DNA of 64,000 nt from Acidobacteriota bacterium. Lineage in GTDB: Bacteria; Acidobacteriota; UBA890; WLXD01. This document shows positions 1-11,153 of the stretch, one piece after another; position 1 is the first letter of the stretch, and each line of letters starts with the position of its first letter. The stretch is taken from positions 3,520,001-3,584,000 of the forward strand of contig CBDFKD010000002.1 of assembly GCA_965248695.1 (NCBI GenBank), read 5' to 3'. The translations under genes and the position numbers were made by a program. Under the pieces are notes generated by a model. It saw nothing but the letters and a program-made list of their open reading frames with translations. It had not been told where the DNA came from and ran no database searches.

Positions 1-226
1 GGGTGGCAATCAGCACCGCATGGAGCTGGTCATCGGCAAGCAATGCGCCAAGTTCGTCGTGGCCGGGATTCGTTGCTGCGGCGCCGTGGCGAGCGGCGAA
101 GTCGACCGCACGATCGCGATCGCGGCTCAGCACGCTCCACAGCCGCGTTCCCTCAGTTGCCGCCAGAGCCGGCGCCAGGCTACGACCGGCGATCTTACCG
201 GTACCGAGAATAGCGAAGTTGAGCAC
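1..226 (-). CDS. Gfo/Idh/MocA-family oxidoreductase, N-terminal part (runs off window start)
   Basis: Not in ORF track; manual translation from GTG at 226 gives MLNFAILGTGKIAGRSLAPAL...LLADDQLHAVLIAT (Rossmann GxGxxA start); GGAG upstream. Confidence 0.85.
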   Translation of the reverse strand, partial: MLNFAILGTGKIAGRSLAPALAATEGTRLWSVLSRDRDRAVDFAARHGAAATNPGHDELGALLADDQLHAVLIAT

Positions 227-412
227 GGATACGCTCCCGAGTGTGTCCGGATTAAACGTAGCCTACCGCGGCAGCTCGCTGGCATGACCGCGCTACCGCT
301 ACGCGCCGCACGCTGTCGACCAATTCGCACGTCGACTCTGCTCTGTTACAAAGGAGCCCCGTCGTGCGACGATGTGAATATTCGTTCTCATGACTTGCCG
401 GAGACATCTGTG

Positions 413-1685
413 ATGCGCATGGAGAAGAACGCCCGCCCAATGGTCATCGTTGCCATAGGCCTCCTGTCGCTTCCGGGGACGCGGGCCGCCGTGCAGGCGC
501 AAGGCGCCGAGTACGTCGAGCTGTTCAGCCCGGCGGCGGCCTCCCGCCAAGCGGCGCCGGCCGACATCCTGGGCGTGGCGATGCCCGGATCCGTCGAGCG
601 CATCGAGATCGATCTGGCCGCGCTGCGATCGCCCGCAGACACGTTCCTCCGGATGCGGATGACTTTCGGGCAGGGCGCACACAGCCTGAATGTTGTGCGT
701 GACGAGATGGAATGGACCGACGACCGCACGCTGTCATGGTTCGGCAGCGTCGAGGAGGGCGGCGGCTCGGTGTTGTTCTCGGTGCACCGGCGAGCAGTGT
801 ACGGAAGCATCGAGACCGGCGCCGGCGCCTACAGGATCGAGCCCGCGGCTGGCGGCGGATACTGGCTCTACCAGCTCGATTTATCCAAAGAAGCGCAGAT
901 TGACGACGGCGGGGTCGAGCCGCCGGTCCCCTATGAGGTCCGCACGGTCGACGCCTCGCTCAGTGAGCGATCGGCGAAGACAACGCTCACCGTGCTGGTC
1001 ATCTACACCAACGGCTTCAAGAAGACGTATCCCGGCGCCCACCTGAACGCGCAGGTCAATCAGCTGATCCAGTGGGCCAATCAGGCGTTGAGCAACAGCA
1101 AGGTGCCGATGAAGCTCAAGGTCGTCGCCAAAAAAAAGCGCAAATACACGGACGGGGGTGAGCTGACGCCAGTGCTGAATGACTTCAGAAACGGAGTCGG
1201 TACCTTCAAGAAGGTAGCGGGTTGGCGACGTCAGTTTGGCGCCGATCTCGTCGTGCTACTCCGCGTCTTCAAGGAAGACAACGTCAATTGCGGTCGCGGA
1301 GTCCGAATGGGCGAGCTCAGCGTCGATTTCGCGCCGCACGCCTACTCGGTGACGCAAGTGGGTCGCCTCCCGAGCCGGTTCTTCTGTCACGATCGGACCA
1401 TGGTCCACGAGTTCGGCCACAATTGGGGGAGCAACCACAACGAAGGTGACGACGCTGTTTCCGTACTCCCTCGGTCACCGGTTCGGCGCCGCGAGAGGCT
1501 CCAGACTCGGCGGCTTCAAGACCGTGATGTCCTATTCGTCGGAAGCCGGAGAGGACTCAATTCAGTATTTCTCCAATCCCAAGGTGCAGTTCGCAGGGTT
1601 GAAGACCGGCACGAAAAGCCTCGACAACGCCAAGTCCTTGAAGCAGGTCAAGGCCACCGCGGCGGCTTGGAGCGACAACCTCTAA
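413..1685 (+). CDS. Secreted M12/reprolysin-like zinc metalloprotease (frameshift near 1455)
   Basis: Signal-like N-terminus; ADLVVLL; HEFGHNWGSNH zinc motif; Met-turn FKTVMSY and YFSNP lie in the 1446..1685 frame. Confidence 0.8.
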
Positions 1686-1714
1686 GCGCCAGCTCCCGAA
1701 CCCACGTCTAAGCG

Positions 1715-3135
1715 CTAGCTCCCGGGCCCCACGTCCCACTTCTGCGCGCTGGAGATGTCCGGCATTCCCCACTCGGCGCCATTCCAGCCGCTGAAGCCCT
1801 GCATGCGGAAGGCCCAGAAGCCGGTGGTGGAGTCGGACACCACGATGAGGCCGTCGGCGTTACGCACGTCGACGCCGAAGGCGCCGTTGAATATCGGCGG
1901 AAAATCGGTTTGAGCGGGCCCAGATAGGTGTCGTACCAGGCGACGGTGGCGGGGTTGTGGGGATCCGCCAGGGTAAAGATCTGCAGCCCGTCGACGTAGC
2001 CGGAAACGAACACGTAGGGCCAGCGCACCTCGTGGTTGTGCACCAGGTGGCGCCAGTCGGCGGTCCAGGCGGAGATCGGCTGACGGATGACGCTGGTCTC
2101 GCCGTCGAGCGCCGGCTTGAGGTCGAAGATGCGCAGGGGCGCGTACTGATACTCGGTCTCCCCCACCACGTAGCGACCATCCGGTGAGGGGGTAAAGGTG
2201 TGCCCCCACTCGACGCCCTCGACGCCCACGAGCGAGATCTGCAGGGTCGGGTTCTCCAGATCGGTGACGTCGTAGATGTAGTAGCCGCCGGTGCCGCCGC
2301 CGTAGAAGCGATCCTGCTGAGTGTCGGAGTGATAGCCGACATACAGATCGTGGTACCCGCGCATGGGGCTTTCGCCCTCGGAGCCCACCGGCACCTGAGC
2401 GACGAGCGCATCCTGGCCGTCGTCGCCGCCGACTCCGTCGACCAGATAGCCGAGGTCGTAGACGTGCGCGTACGGACCGCGGACGGTAGCAAACAGCAGC
2501 ACGCGGCCGTTGGTGTGCTTGTACACGAAGATATTGTGGAAGCCGCCCGGATGGTCGGGAGCCCGTATGCGGCCCGCCTCGCGCACCGAAGCGGCGTCCG
2601 GCAGGTCGGTGACGTCGAGGACCACCGCGCCCAGGTCGGCGTTGGGGCCGCCCTGCCCGAATTGCAGCGACTGCACCACGTAGTAGCGATCGTTCCACTT
2701 GAAGTGCTTCACGTCCATGCCGCCCGGCCCGACGTGCAGATCCTGGTCCTCGATGCGCCAGCGGTACAGAACCGACGCATTGTCCGGCTCGCTGAGGTCG
2801 ATGATGTCGGTGCCGCGCTCGCCGTCGAAGATCGCTACCCGACCTACGTAGGCGTACGGACGGTCGATCTCCTGCTCGATGTCGATGTCGGCGACCGTGA
2901 GACGCCCGCCCAACGGCAGATGGGCGACAACCTCGAGGTTGTCGCTGCCCCGATCCTCGGGCGTCCACTGCGGCGTGCCCTCGATGCGCGATTGCTGGAG
3001 AGCAGCCGGCAGCGCGTGGGCTACCGCGGCAACCTGACCAACGAGGCCTGGCAGCGCGGCGAGGACTGCCGGCACGGTCATGGCCACGAGCAACAACACG
3101 ACAGCTCGTTGGTGGGGGTAGGTTCGGTGTCGCAT
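1715..3135 (-). CDS. Secreted LVIVD-repeat beta-propeller protein (frameshift near 1912)
   Basis: Signal peptide; repeats IIDLSEP, VLDVTD, IYDVTD, IFDLKP, HNHEVRWPYVFVSGY; C-terminus FNGAFGVDVRNADGLIVVSD in the adjacent frame ending at 1715. Confidence 0.8.
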
Positions 3136-3269
3136 GCGTCGCTCTCCAGAATCCGGGCATCCAGAGCCAGCGACCGGGTGGCGCCGGCGCAGCCCGACGA
3201 TACCAGCTCGCGGGTGCCCGTTGCCGGCGCACGGTTGCCTTCCTGCCCACGCGTGAAAGAATCGATCCC

Positions 3270-3659
3270 ATGCGATATCTGGTTCGCGCCCGCCTCAAGA
3301 ACGGCCGTGCGCGAGCACTGCTCGGCGCGATTCACGCCCGCACCCTCGGACGGGGCTCGGTAGCCGGCGGCGAGTACCTGCGCAACATGGCCGACGCACG
3401 CCAGCTCGATGACGGCACCGTGCGCTGGGTGGAGGTTTGCTACTGCCCAACGCCGCTCGAAGAGGAGATTCCTTACTGGGAGGAGTACTTCGAGCTCGAG
3501 CAGATCAAGGATGCGCACAGCCGTGAGAAGTGTCGCGACACGAACGACACTGAGGCTTGGGCCTGCAGCAGTTGCGATTGTACCGAGCGACTCGAGGAGC
3601 GGCTCGCCAGCCTGGGAGACAGCTTCCGCGACGAGCTCAACGCCCGTGAGAAGGAGTAG
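3270..3659 (+). CDS. Hypothetical Cys-rich protein (VCYCP, KC, CSSCDC)
   Basis: Clean 129-aa ORF with normal protein composition, 4 nt upstream of next gene. Confidence 0.8.
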   Translation: MRYLVRARLKNGRARALLGAIHARTLGRGSVAGGEYLRNMADARQLDDGTVRWVEVCYCPTPLEEEIPYWEEYFELEQIKDAHSREKCRDTNDTEAWACSSCDCTERLEERLASLGDSFRDELNAREKE

Positions 3660-3663
3660 CCCG

Positions 3664-4843
3664 ATGTCCACAGCCCACCCTCGCGCGCTCACTTCCCGGC
3701 CACCCGTGTGGCGACGGGCCTTGGCCACCATCACGATCGTCGTTGCTGTCGGCTGCGCTCCCGCTCCGAGCGGCCAGGAGATACCCGGCAGCCCGTCGGG
3801 TGCACAAGACGCAGCGCCTTGGACGACCGAGCTCGCTGCTGTCGACACTTCCGATGGCATCCGCGTTCTGCTGCTCCACGACATGGAAGGGCTGGCGGGG
3901 CAGGACGACTGGCACAGCTTCGTCTTCGGCGATCCGCAGTATCCGAGCGGCCAGGAGATGCTCGCCGCCGACGTCAACGCGGTCATCGACGGCCTGTTCG
4001 CCGGTGGCGCCACCGAGGTGCACGTCGTCGATGGGCACGGCTCCGGCAACCCGGACCCCGACGTCCGCGCCGACCTGCTAGATCCACGCGCCTCGCAGGT
4101 GCTCCGCGATGCGCCGTTCGACACCTACTTCGACGTTCCCGAGACCTCCAGCTACGACGCGGTGGCGGTGGTCGGCATGCACGCCAAGACCGGCAGCGGC
4201 GGCTTCGCCTCGCACACCTTCACGCTCGGCATGGACATCATCATCAATGGAGCATCGATCACCGAGACAGAGCTGGTGGCGCTGTCGTGGGGTCGCTTTG
4301 GCGTGCCGGTGATCTTCGGATCCGGCGATGATCGGCTGGCGGCGGATCTCGAGACCATGCCGTGGATCGAGTTCGTCACCGTCAAGACCGCCACCAGCGC
4401 CTCGTCGGTACAGTTGCGACCCGTTGACCAGGCGCATGCCGACATGACGGCTGCGGCCCGGCGTGCGGTAGAGAACCTCAGTACCGCTCGCGTGATGCGC
4501 GTGAGCGCGCCGGTACAAGCCACGCTGAGGGCCGTACCGCCAGCCAGTCTGGAGATCCTCGAGGGTGTCCCTGGCATCGACTACGCCGACAACACGGTAG
4601 AGCTTCGAGGCCGACGGCCTGCGATCAGCCTACGACGGGCTCGGAGCGCTGATCACCGTGGCCCGCAACACGTACTCCAGAATCTGGCTCGAGCAGCTGC
4701 GCGAGCGTGACCTGATGGACGAACTGCGTCCGGCGTACGGCGAGGCACTGTCGATGCGCTGGCTCGACTTCGAGTCCGGTCGCTGGAGTCCGCCCGAGCC
4801 TGGCGAGAGGCGCGCCCGCCCCGCGTACCACGGCTACAGCTAG
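3664..4843 (+). CDS. M55 (DppA-like) D-aminopeptidase, putative lipoprotein (frameshift near 4602)
   Basis: HDMEG, VDGHGSG, GMHAK..FASHT, ETE, SGDD motifs; lipobox VAVGC; C-terminus continues in the 4658..4843 frame. Confidence 0.8.
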
Positions 4844-5007
4844 TGACCTGGGGCTGAGGATACCGGCGCCGGCCGCTGGCGAAGCGCCGCCGACGAGCCG
4901 CACGAATGGCCCGGTCGTCTCCGCTTCGGACCGCTCGCCGGCAGTGACGAAATGGCGCCGGGCGCGGAGACTAGAATGAAGCCTCCCAGTTATCCGGAGT
5001 CAGCCCG

Positions 5008-6216
5008 TTGACCAGCGACCAGCTCGCCAGCTTGAAGATCGAGCGCCGCAACGAACGGCGCGGCCCGGCACTGCCCTGGGTGCTGCTGGCGGTCGTGTTG
5101 CTGGGCGCCGGAGCGGTCGCCGCCTGGGCGTGGGCGTCGCGCGACACGACCCCGGAGGTACGCACAGCGAGCGTGCGCGAGGTTCAGGTGGAAGAAGGAA
5201 CGACGGTGCTCAACGCTTCCGGCTACGTAACCGCACGTCGTCAGGCAACGGTGTCGTCGAAGGTAACCGGACGAGTAACGGAGGTGTTCATCGAGGAAGG
5301 CATGCGGGTAAGCGCCGGCCAGGTTCTCGCCCGCCTCGATGACTCGAATGCCACCGTCAACCTCAGGCTCGCCGAGGCACAAGTGGGGGCGGCGTCGACC
5401 TCTCTGACGGAGACACGCGTTCGCCAGCGCGAGGCCGCGGTCGAGCTCGAGCGCATGCTGCGCCTCCATGAACGCGCCATCATCAGTCAGTCGGAGCTCG
5501 ATCGGGCGCAGGCCGAGGCCGACTCGCTGACAGCGCGAATCGAGCAGCAGCGCGAGGAGGTCAAGGTGGCCGAAAGCCGCGTGGCACTGTGGCAACAGGA
5601 GATAGCGGATCGCGAGATTCGTGCCCCGTTCAGCGGTGTAGTGGTAACCAAGAATGCCCAGCCGGGCGAGATGATCTCACCGATGTCGGCCGGCGGCAGC
5701 TTCACGCGCACCGGCATCGGTACCATCGTCGACATGACCTCGCTGGAAATCGAGGTCGACGTCAACGAGAGCTACATCAATCGGGTGCGCGCGGAACAGC
5801 CGGTGGAAGCCGTGCTGGATGCCTACTCGGACTGGAAGATCCCGGCGCGGGTAATTGCCATAATCCCCACCGCCGATCGCCAGCGCGCCACCGTGAAAGT
5901 GCGCATCGGCTTCGAACAGCTCGATCCCCGGGTTCTTCCCGACATGGGCGTCAAGGTGGCGTTCCGCGACGCCGAGCAATTCGGAGAGACCCGCACCGCG
6001 CTGGCCATACCCCGCGCGGCTGTGCGAGATGACGAGGGTCAGGAGATCGTCTTCGTGCTCAGCGGAGATACGTTGGAGCGGCGCGCCGTGAACCTGGGCG
6101 ACGTCCGCGGCGACCAGGCTTTCGTTCTCAACGGGCTGGTCGCCGGAGAGCGGGTCGTCGTCGCCGGACCCGACGAGCTGACCAACGGAACAACCGTTCG
6201 CGAGGTGGCGGGATGA
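5008..6216 (+). CDS. Periplasmic adaptor (MacA-like membrane fusion protein)
   Basis: TM anchor, LNASGYV, VSSKVTGRV, coiled-coil hairpin, IRAPFSGVV. Confidence 0.92.
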   Translation: MTSDQLASLKIERRNERRGPALPWVLLAVVLLGAGAVAAWAWASRDTTPEVRTASVREVQVEEGTTVLNASGYVTARRQATVSSKVTGRVTEVFIEEGMRVSAGQVLARLDDSNATVNLRLAEAQVGAASTSLTETRVRQREAAVELERMLRLHERAIISQSELDRAQAEADSLTARIEQQREEVKVAESRVALWQQEIADREIRAPFSGVVVTKNAQPGEMISPMSAGGSFTRTGIGTIVDMTSLEIEVDVNESYINRVRAEQPVEAVLDAYSDWKIPARVIAIIPTADRQRATVKVRIGFEQLDPRVLPDMGVKVAFRDAEQFGETRTALAIPRAAVRDDEGQEIVFVLSGDTLERRAVNLGDVRGDQAFVLNGLVAGERVVVAGPDELTNGTTVREVAG

Positions 6217-6252
6217 CACCGCTACGACACCGGATGTGGACAAGGAGCCTGA

Positions 6253-6951
6253 ATGAGTGAAGCGAACGGCAACCTCGTCGACGTGAACGGCGTGGAGAAG
6301 GGGTTCAAGCGAGGAGCCGAACGCATCGCCGTGCTCCATGACACCGACCTGCAGGTACCTTCGGGCGAGTTCCTGGCACTGATGGGCCCGTCCGGATCGG
6401 GCAAGAGCACCCTACTGAATCTGATCGGTGGCCTCGACCGCCCCGATTCCGGCACGGTCGAGGTCGGCGGCGAACGGGTAGACCGCCTTTCCAACCGCCG
6501 TCTGGCGAGCTGGCGATCGCGCCACGTCGGCTTTGTGTTCCAGTTCTACAACCTCATGCCGGTGCTCAGCGCGGCACGCAATGTCGAGCTGCCGCTGCTG
6601 CTTCAGCCGCTGTCACGGCGCGAGCGTCGCCAGCAGGTGGAAACAGCGCTGTCGATCGTCGGCCTTAACGACCGCAGCGGGCACTATCCGCGGCAGCTCT
6701 CTGGCGGCGAGCAGCAGCGCGTCGGCATCGCGCGGGCGATCGCCACGGACCCGACCCTGCTGCTGTGCGACGAGCCCACCGGCGACCTCGACCGCAAGTC
6801 GGGCGATGAGATTCTCGAGTTACTGCGGGCATTGAGCAAGGAGCACGGCAAGACGGTGATCATGGTGACCCATGATCCGCATGCGGCCACGCTCGCCGAT
6901 CGCACCCTGTACGTGTGGGACGGACGGTTACAGACGGAGAAACCAGAATGA
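6253..6951 (+). CDS. ABC transporter ATP-binding protein (LolD/MacB-like)
   Basis: [30 protein letters not shown]. Confidence 0.95.
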   Translation: MSEANGNLVDVNGVEKGFKRGAERIAVLHDTDLQVPSGEFLALMGPSGSGKSTLLNLIGGLDRPDSGTVEVGGERVDRLSNRRLASWRSRHVGFVFQFYNLMPVLSAARNVELPLLLQPLSRRERRQQVETALSIVGLNDRSGHYPRQLSGGEQQRVGIARAIATDPTLLLCDEPTGDLDRKSGDEILELLRALSKEHGKTVIMVTHDPHAATLADRTLYVWDGRLQTEKPE

Positions 6952-8105
6952 AGTACCTGCACTTGATCTTCAGCAATCTCAAGCGCAAGAAGACGCGTAC
7001 GTTCCTCACCGCTGCCTCGATCCTCATCGCATTCGTGCTGTTCGGCTACCTGGCGGCGGTACGCAACGCGCTGGAACGAGGAGTCAGCCTGGCCGGATCG
7101 GATCGACTTGTCGTGCGCCACAAGGTTTCCCTCATCCAGCTGTTGCCGGAAGCCTACGAGATGCGCATGGAGCGCATCGAGGGAGTGGTCGACGCCACCC
7201 ACATCACCTGGTTCGGCGGCGTGTATCAGGAACCGACTAATTTCTTTGCGCAGTTTCCGGTTAGGCCCGACGAGTATCTCGCCATGTACCCGGAGTTCCT
7301 GCTGCCGGAAGAACAGGTCGAAGCCTGGCGCCGCACGCGTACTGGCGCCGTTGTCGGACGAACGATCGCGGAGCGATTCGGTTGGGAGATCGGCGATCGA
7401 GTCCCGCTGCAAGCAACGATCTGGTCCAAGCGTGACGGCACCCGGACGTGGGATTTCGACATCGTCGGTATCTACGACGGAGCGGATCCGAGCACCGACA
7501 CGACCCAGTTCCTTTTCCGCTACGACTATTTCGACGAGGCGCGCATCGAGGCCGGTAGAGGTCAAGTCGGGTGGTTCACGGTACGCGTCGGCGACCCGGA
7601 TCGCTCCGCCGAGCTGGCACAGGCAATCGACGCCGAGTTCGCCAATTCCGCCGCCGAAGTCCAGGCGCAGACCGAGCTCGCGTTCCTGCAGGGCTTCGCC
7701 AAGCAGATCGGCAACATCAGCACCATTCTGATGGCGGTGCTCAGCGCGGTGTTCTTCACCATCTTGCTAGTGGCCGGCAACACCATGGGCCAGGTGGTGC
7801 GCGAGCGCGTATCCGAGATCGGCGTCCTCAAGGCGCTCGGGTTCACTCACCGGCAGGTACTCGGCATGGTGCTTGGAGAATCGTGCCTGCTGTCGGTGAT
7901 CGGAGGCGGCGCAGGACTGGCGCTGGCACTCTTCCTGATCTCCTTCGGAGATCCCACGGGAGGGGCCCTGCCGATATTCGTCTTCCCGACGCCCGCACTG
8001 GCGCTCGGTCTGATGTTGACCCTGGCGCTCGGCGTGGCCGCAGGCCTGCTGCCTGCCTGGCAGGCATTGCGATTGCAGGCCGTCGACGCGCTGCGGAGAA
8101 AATAG
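6948..8105 (+). CDS. FtsX/MacB-type ABC permease
   Basis: ATG overlaps upstream stop; periplasmic domain, ERVSEIGVLKALGF and C-terminal TM helices. Confidence 0.92.
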   Translation: MKYLHLIFSNLKRKKTRTFLTAASILIAFVLFGYLAAVRNALERGVSLAGSDRLVVRHKVSLIQLLPEAYEMRMERIEGVVDATHITWFGGVYQEPTNFFAQFPVRPDEYLAMYPEFLLPEEQVEAWRRTRTGAVVGRTIAERFGWEIGDRVPLQATIWSKRDGTRTWDFDIVGIYDGADPSTDTTQFLFRYDYFDEARIEAGRGQVGWFTVRVGDPDRSAELAQAIDAEFANSAAEVQAQTELAFLQGFAKQIGNISTILMAVLSAVFFTILLVAGNTMGQVVRERVSEIGVLKALGFTHRQVLGMVLGESCLLSVIGGGAGLALALFLISFGDPTGGALPIFVFPTPALALGLMLTLALGVAAGLLPAWQALRLQAVDALRRK

Positions 8106-8107
8106 CG

Positions 8108-9298
8108 ATGCTGCGCTGGCTCGAGCAAGTAGGATCGATCACCGCCTACAGCCTGCGCACGCTGCCTCAGCGGGCGGGATCGGTAGTCGCGTCGGCGGTC
8201 GGCATCGCCGGGGTGGTTGCGGTGTTTATCGGCGTGCTGTCGATCGCGGCCGGGTTCCGTGCCGCGATGACCCAGGGTGCCGACGACGACACCGTCATCG
8301 TGCTGCGCAGCGGCTCCACAGGGGAGCTGGTGAGCGCCATGCAACGCGCCGACACCCGTGTCGTTGGCGAGGCACCCGGTGTGCTCAGGGACGGCAGCGG
8401 CGCGCTTTCCTCACCTGAGCTCTTCCTCATCCTGAACCTGCCGCGTCGATCGACCAACACCGACGCCAACGTACCCCTGCGCGGAGTGGAGGAGGAGGCC
8501 TTCCGGGTGCACGACAAGCTGCGCATCGTCGAGGGACGCGCGTTCGAGTGGGGCCGCTCCGAGCTGATCGTCGGCCTCGGCGCGAGCCGCGAGTTCGGCG
8601 GCCTGGATCTCGGTGGCGCGCTGGATGTCGCCGGACAGCCGTGGACCGTGGTCGGCCTCTTCGAGGCGGGCGGCGGGCTCGAGGAATCCGAAGTATGGGC
8701 CGACGCGCGGCTACTGCAGTCCGTCTATCGGCGCGGCGACACCTTCCAGTCCGTGTACACCAAGCTCGAGTCGCGCGACGCGTTCAGCTCGTTCAAGGAC
8801 GAGCTCGATACCGATCCGCGAGTCAACGTCACCGTCAGCCGCCAGTCGGAGTTTTACGCCTCTCAGTCGGTTCTTATCACCGGGTTGATCACCGGGCTGG
8901 GTACCGTCGTGGCAGCGTTGATGGGCATCGGTGCGGTGTTCGGGGCGCTCAACACCATGTACACCTCGGTGTCCTCGCGTACCCGCGAGATCGCCACGTT
9001 GCGGGCGCTGGGGTTCAAGTCCGCGCCGGTGATCATCGCCGTACTGTTCGAGTCGTTCGTCATCGCGGTGCTCGGAGGCACGATCGGTGGCGTGGTGGCG
9101 TGGATGGCGTTCGACGGCTTCACCGCATCGACAATCAACTTCCAGAGCTTCAGCCAGGTCGCCTTCGCGTTCGATGTCACGTCGTCGCTGCTGATCCAGG
9201 GAGTCTTCTACTCGACCCTGATCGGTCTGATCGGTGGGCTGTTCCCGGCGATCCGTGCGGCACGTGTACCGATCGCTGTTGGTCTGCGCGACGCCTGA
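8108..9298 (+). CDS. FtsX/MacB-type ABC permease 2
   Basis: SRTREIATLRALGF, GGLFPAIRAAR; real start MLRWLEQ at 8108. Confidence 0.92.
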   Translation: MLRWLEQVGSITAYSLRTLPQRAGSVVASAVGIAGVVAVFIGVLSIAAGFRAAMTQGADDDTVIVLRSGSTGELVSAMQRADTRVVGEAPGVLRDGSGALSSPELFLILNLPRRSTNTDANVPLRGVEEEAFRVHDKLRIVEGRAFEWGRSELIVGLGASREFGGLDLGGALDVAGQPWTVVGLFEAGGGLEESEVWADARLLQSVYRRGDTFQSVYTKLESRDAFSSFKDELDTDPRVNVTVSRQSEFYASQSVLITGLITGLGTVVAALMGIGAVFGALNTMYTSVSSRTREIATLRALGFKSAPVIIAVLFESFVIAVLGGTIGGVVAWMAFDGFTASTINFQSFSQVAFAFDVTSSLLIQGVFYSTLIGLIGGLFPAIRAARVPIAVGLRDA

Positions 9299-9453
9299 TT
9301 CTCGACCCGCCGGGGTCTAGCCCACGGGTGACCTACGGGCCCAGGGGTTGCCGGTCGGGGCGGCGATGCGCCTCGTCGTTGGCTGGAAATGTCGGCTGTT
9401 TCACTGCATCATCGCGAGCAATCCAGTCCGCCCCTCGTGTCGAGGACAACGAC

Positions 9454-11109
9454 GTGATCAAGACTACCGCTACCGTGCTATCCGCCGTTCTGGCGACCAC
9501 CTTAGTGATCGCCTGCGCGCCCGCCGCCGAACCTTCGACCGTTCCGGGCAACGACACGATCCGCCAGGAGGACCTCCGCGCCGACCTCGAGTTCTTGGCG
9601 GGAGACGGAATGCGCGGCCGCGGACCCGAGAGTTCGGAGAACGCTCTCGCGGCCGAGTTCATCAAGGCACGCTTCCAGCGCCTGGGCCTCGAGCCGGCGG
9701 CCGCCGATGGCTCCTACTATCAGGGCTTCGAGCTCATTACCACGAGCCTCGGCGCCACCAACCGCCTCAGCGCCACGATCGACGGTCGACCGGCGGCGGC
9801 ACGTATGGGTGCGGACGTCACCCCGATGAACTTCAGCGGTAGCGCCTCCGGGAGCGGCGAGCTCCTAGTCGCCGGCTTCGGGCTCGTCTCCGAAGCGCTC
9901 GACTACGACGACTACGAGGGCGTCGATGCGACCGGCAAGGTCGTGCTCGTGTTCGATCACGAGCCCGGCGAGTTCGTTGCCGAGAGTCCATTCGACGGCC
10001 TGGTGCGATCAGAAGTAGCGCGCGATCTGCGCAAGGCGCTCATGGCCCAAGAGCACGGCGCGGCGGGAATCCTGTTCGTCAGCGATGTGCACAACCACGA
10101 ACCGCCCGCCAGCCTGCAGGCCGCCCACGACCAGCGCTGGGTACAGCCTGCGTTTACGAGTTATCTCCTGGCGAGCTGGACGGATCGCGTCACGATACCG
10201 GCCGTGCGAATCTCCGTCTCCCTGGCCGAGCGACTGGTGGCAGGCGCCGGACGCGGTCTCGGCGAGCTCTCGCGAGAGGCGGAAACGGGCGCCGGCGCGG
10301 CCACGATCGAGATGCCGGATGTGCGCGTCGACATGACGACAACGGTCGACCGCCGGCGCGTGCCGGATCGCAACGTCGTCGGCCTGCTGCGTGGCGCGGA
10401 CCCCGAGCTCGCCGACGAGGTGGTCATCGTCTGCGCCCACTACGACCACGACGGTGCCGATGGCGACCGGATCTACAACGGTGCCGATGACGACGGCTCG
10501 GGTACGGTGGGCGTGCTCGAGATCGCCGAGGCGTACGCGCTCGCCGCCGCCGCCGGTCAGCGACCGCGCCGGTCGGTGCTGTTCGCGGCGTGGAACTCGG
10601 AAGAGGTCGGGCTGATGGGCGCCTGGGCCTACACCGAGGCACCCTTGTTTCCGCTCGAGCAGACCGCTGCAGCGTTGAACATGGACATGATCGGTCGCAA
10701 CGAGGAGGTACCTGCTGACGGCGGTGGCCGCTTCCGTGGGCTCGAGCCGCAAACCGCCGAGGAGAACGCCAACAGCGTTCACATCATGGCCTACACGTAC
10801 AGCGGCGGCTTGCGTAACGGTGTCATGGACGCCAACGCGACCATCGGGCTGGATCTCGAGCTGGCATACGACAACAACGCCTCGAACTTGCTACGCCGCA
10901 GCGACCAGTGGCCGTTTCTGCAGCGCGATGTGCCGGCGCTGTTCTTCCACACCGGGCTGCACCCCGACTATCACCGCGAGACCGATACGCCCGATCGAAT
11001 CAACTATCCGAAGATGGAGCGTATCGTCCGTCTGGTGCACAGCCTCAGCTGGCAGCTGGCGAACGCCGACGAGCGTCCGACGCTCGACGAGCGTCGCGGA
11101 ACGCTCTGA
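9454..11109 (+). CDS. M28 aminopeptidase with PA domain, lipoprotein
   Basis: Lipobox VIAC; AHYDH, NGADDDGSG, EEVGL, NMDMIG, RSDQWPF, DYH. Confidence 0.92.
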   Translation: MIKTTATVLSAVLATTLVIACAPAAEPSTVPGNDTIRQEDLRADLEFLAGDGMRGRGPESSENALAAEFIKARFQRLGLEPAAADGSYYQGFELITTSLGATNRLSATIDGRPAAARMGADVTPMNFSGSASGSGELLVAGFGLVSEALDYDDYEGVDATGKVVLVFDHEPGEFVAESPFDGLVRSEVARDLRKALMAQEHGAAGILFVSDVHNHEPPASLQAAHDQRWVQPAFTSYLLASWTDRVTIPAVRISVSLAERLVAGAGRGLGELSREAETGAGAATIEMPDVRVDMTTTVDRRRVPDRNVVGLLRGADPELADEVVIVCAHYDHDGADGDRIYNGADDDGSGTVGVLEIAEAYALAAAAGQRPRRSVLFAAWNSEEVGLMGAWAYTEAPLFPLEQTAAALNMDMIGRNEEVPADGGGRFRGLEPQTAEENANSVHIMAYTYSGGLRNGVMDANATIGLDLELAYDNNASNLLRRSDQWPFLQRDVPALFFHTGLHPDYHRETDTPDRINYPKMERIVRLVHSLSWQLANADERPTLDERRGTL

Positions 11110-11153
11110 GACGCAGGCCGGAGCAGGAGGCAGCCCGCCTGGCACCGAGACTG

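Noticed and set aside
2200-3363. Long antisense/alternative-frame ORFs (this one and many others, e.g. 24733..26040, 43669..44961, 62520..63623)
   Set aside because: Shadow ORFs expected in high-GC coding DNA; the opposite or shifted frame carries the real motifs.
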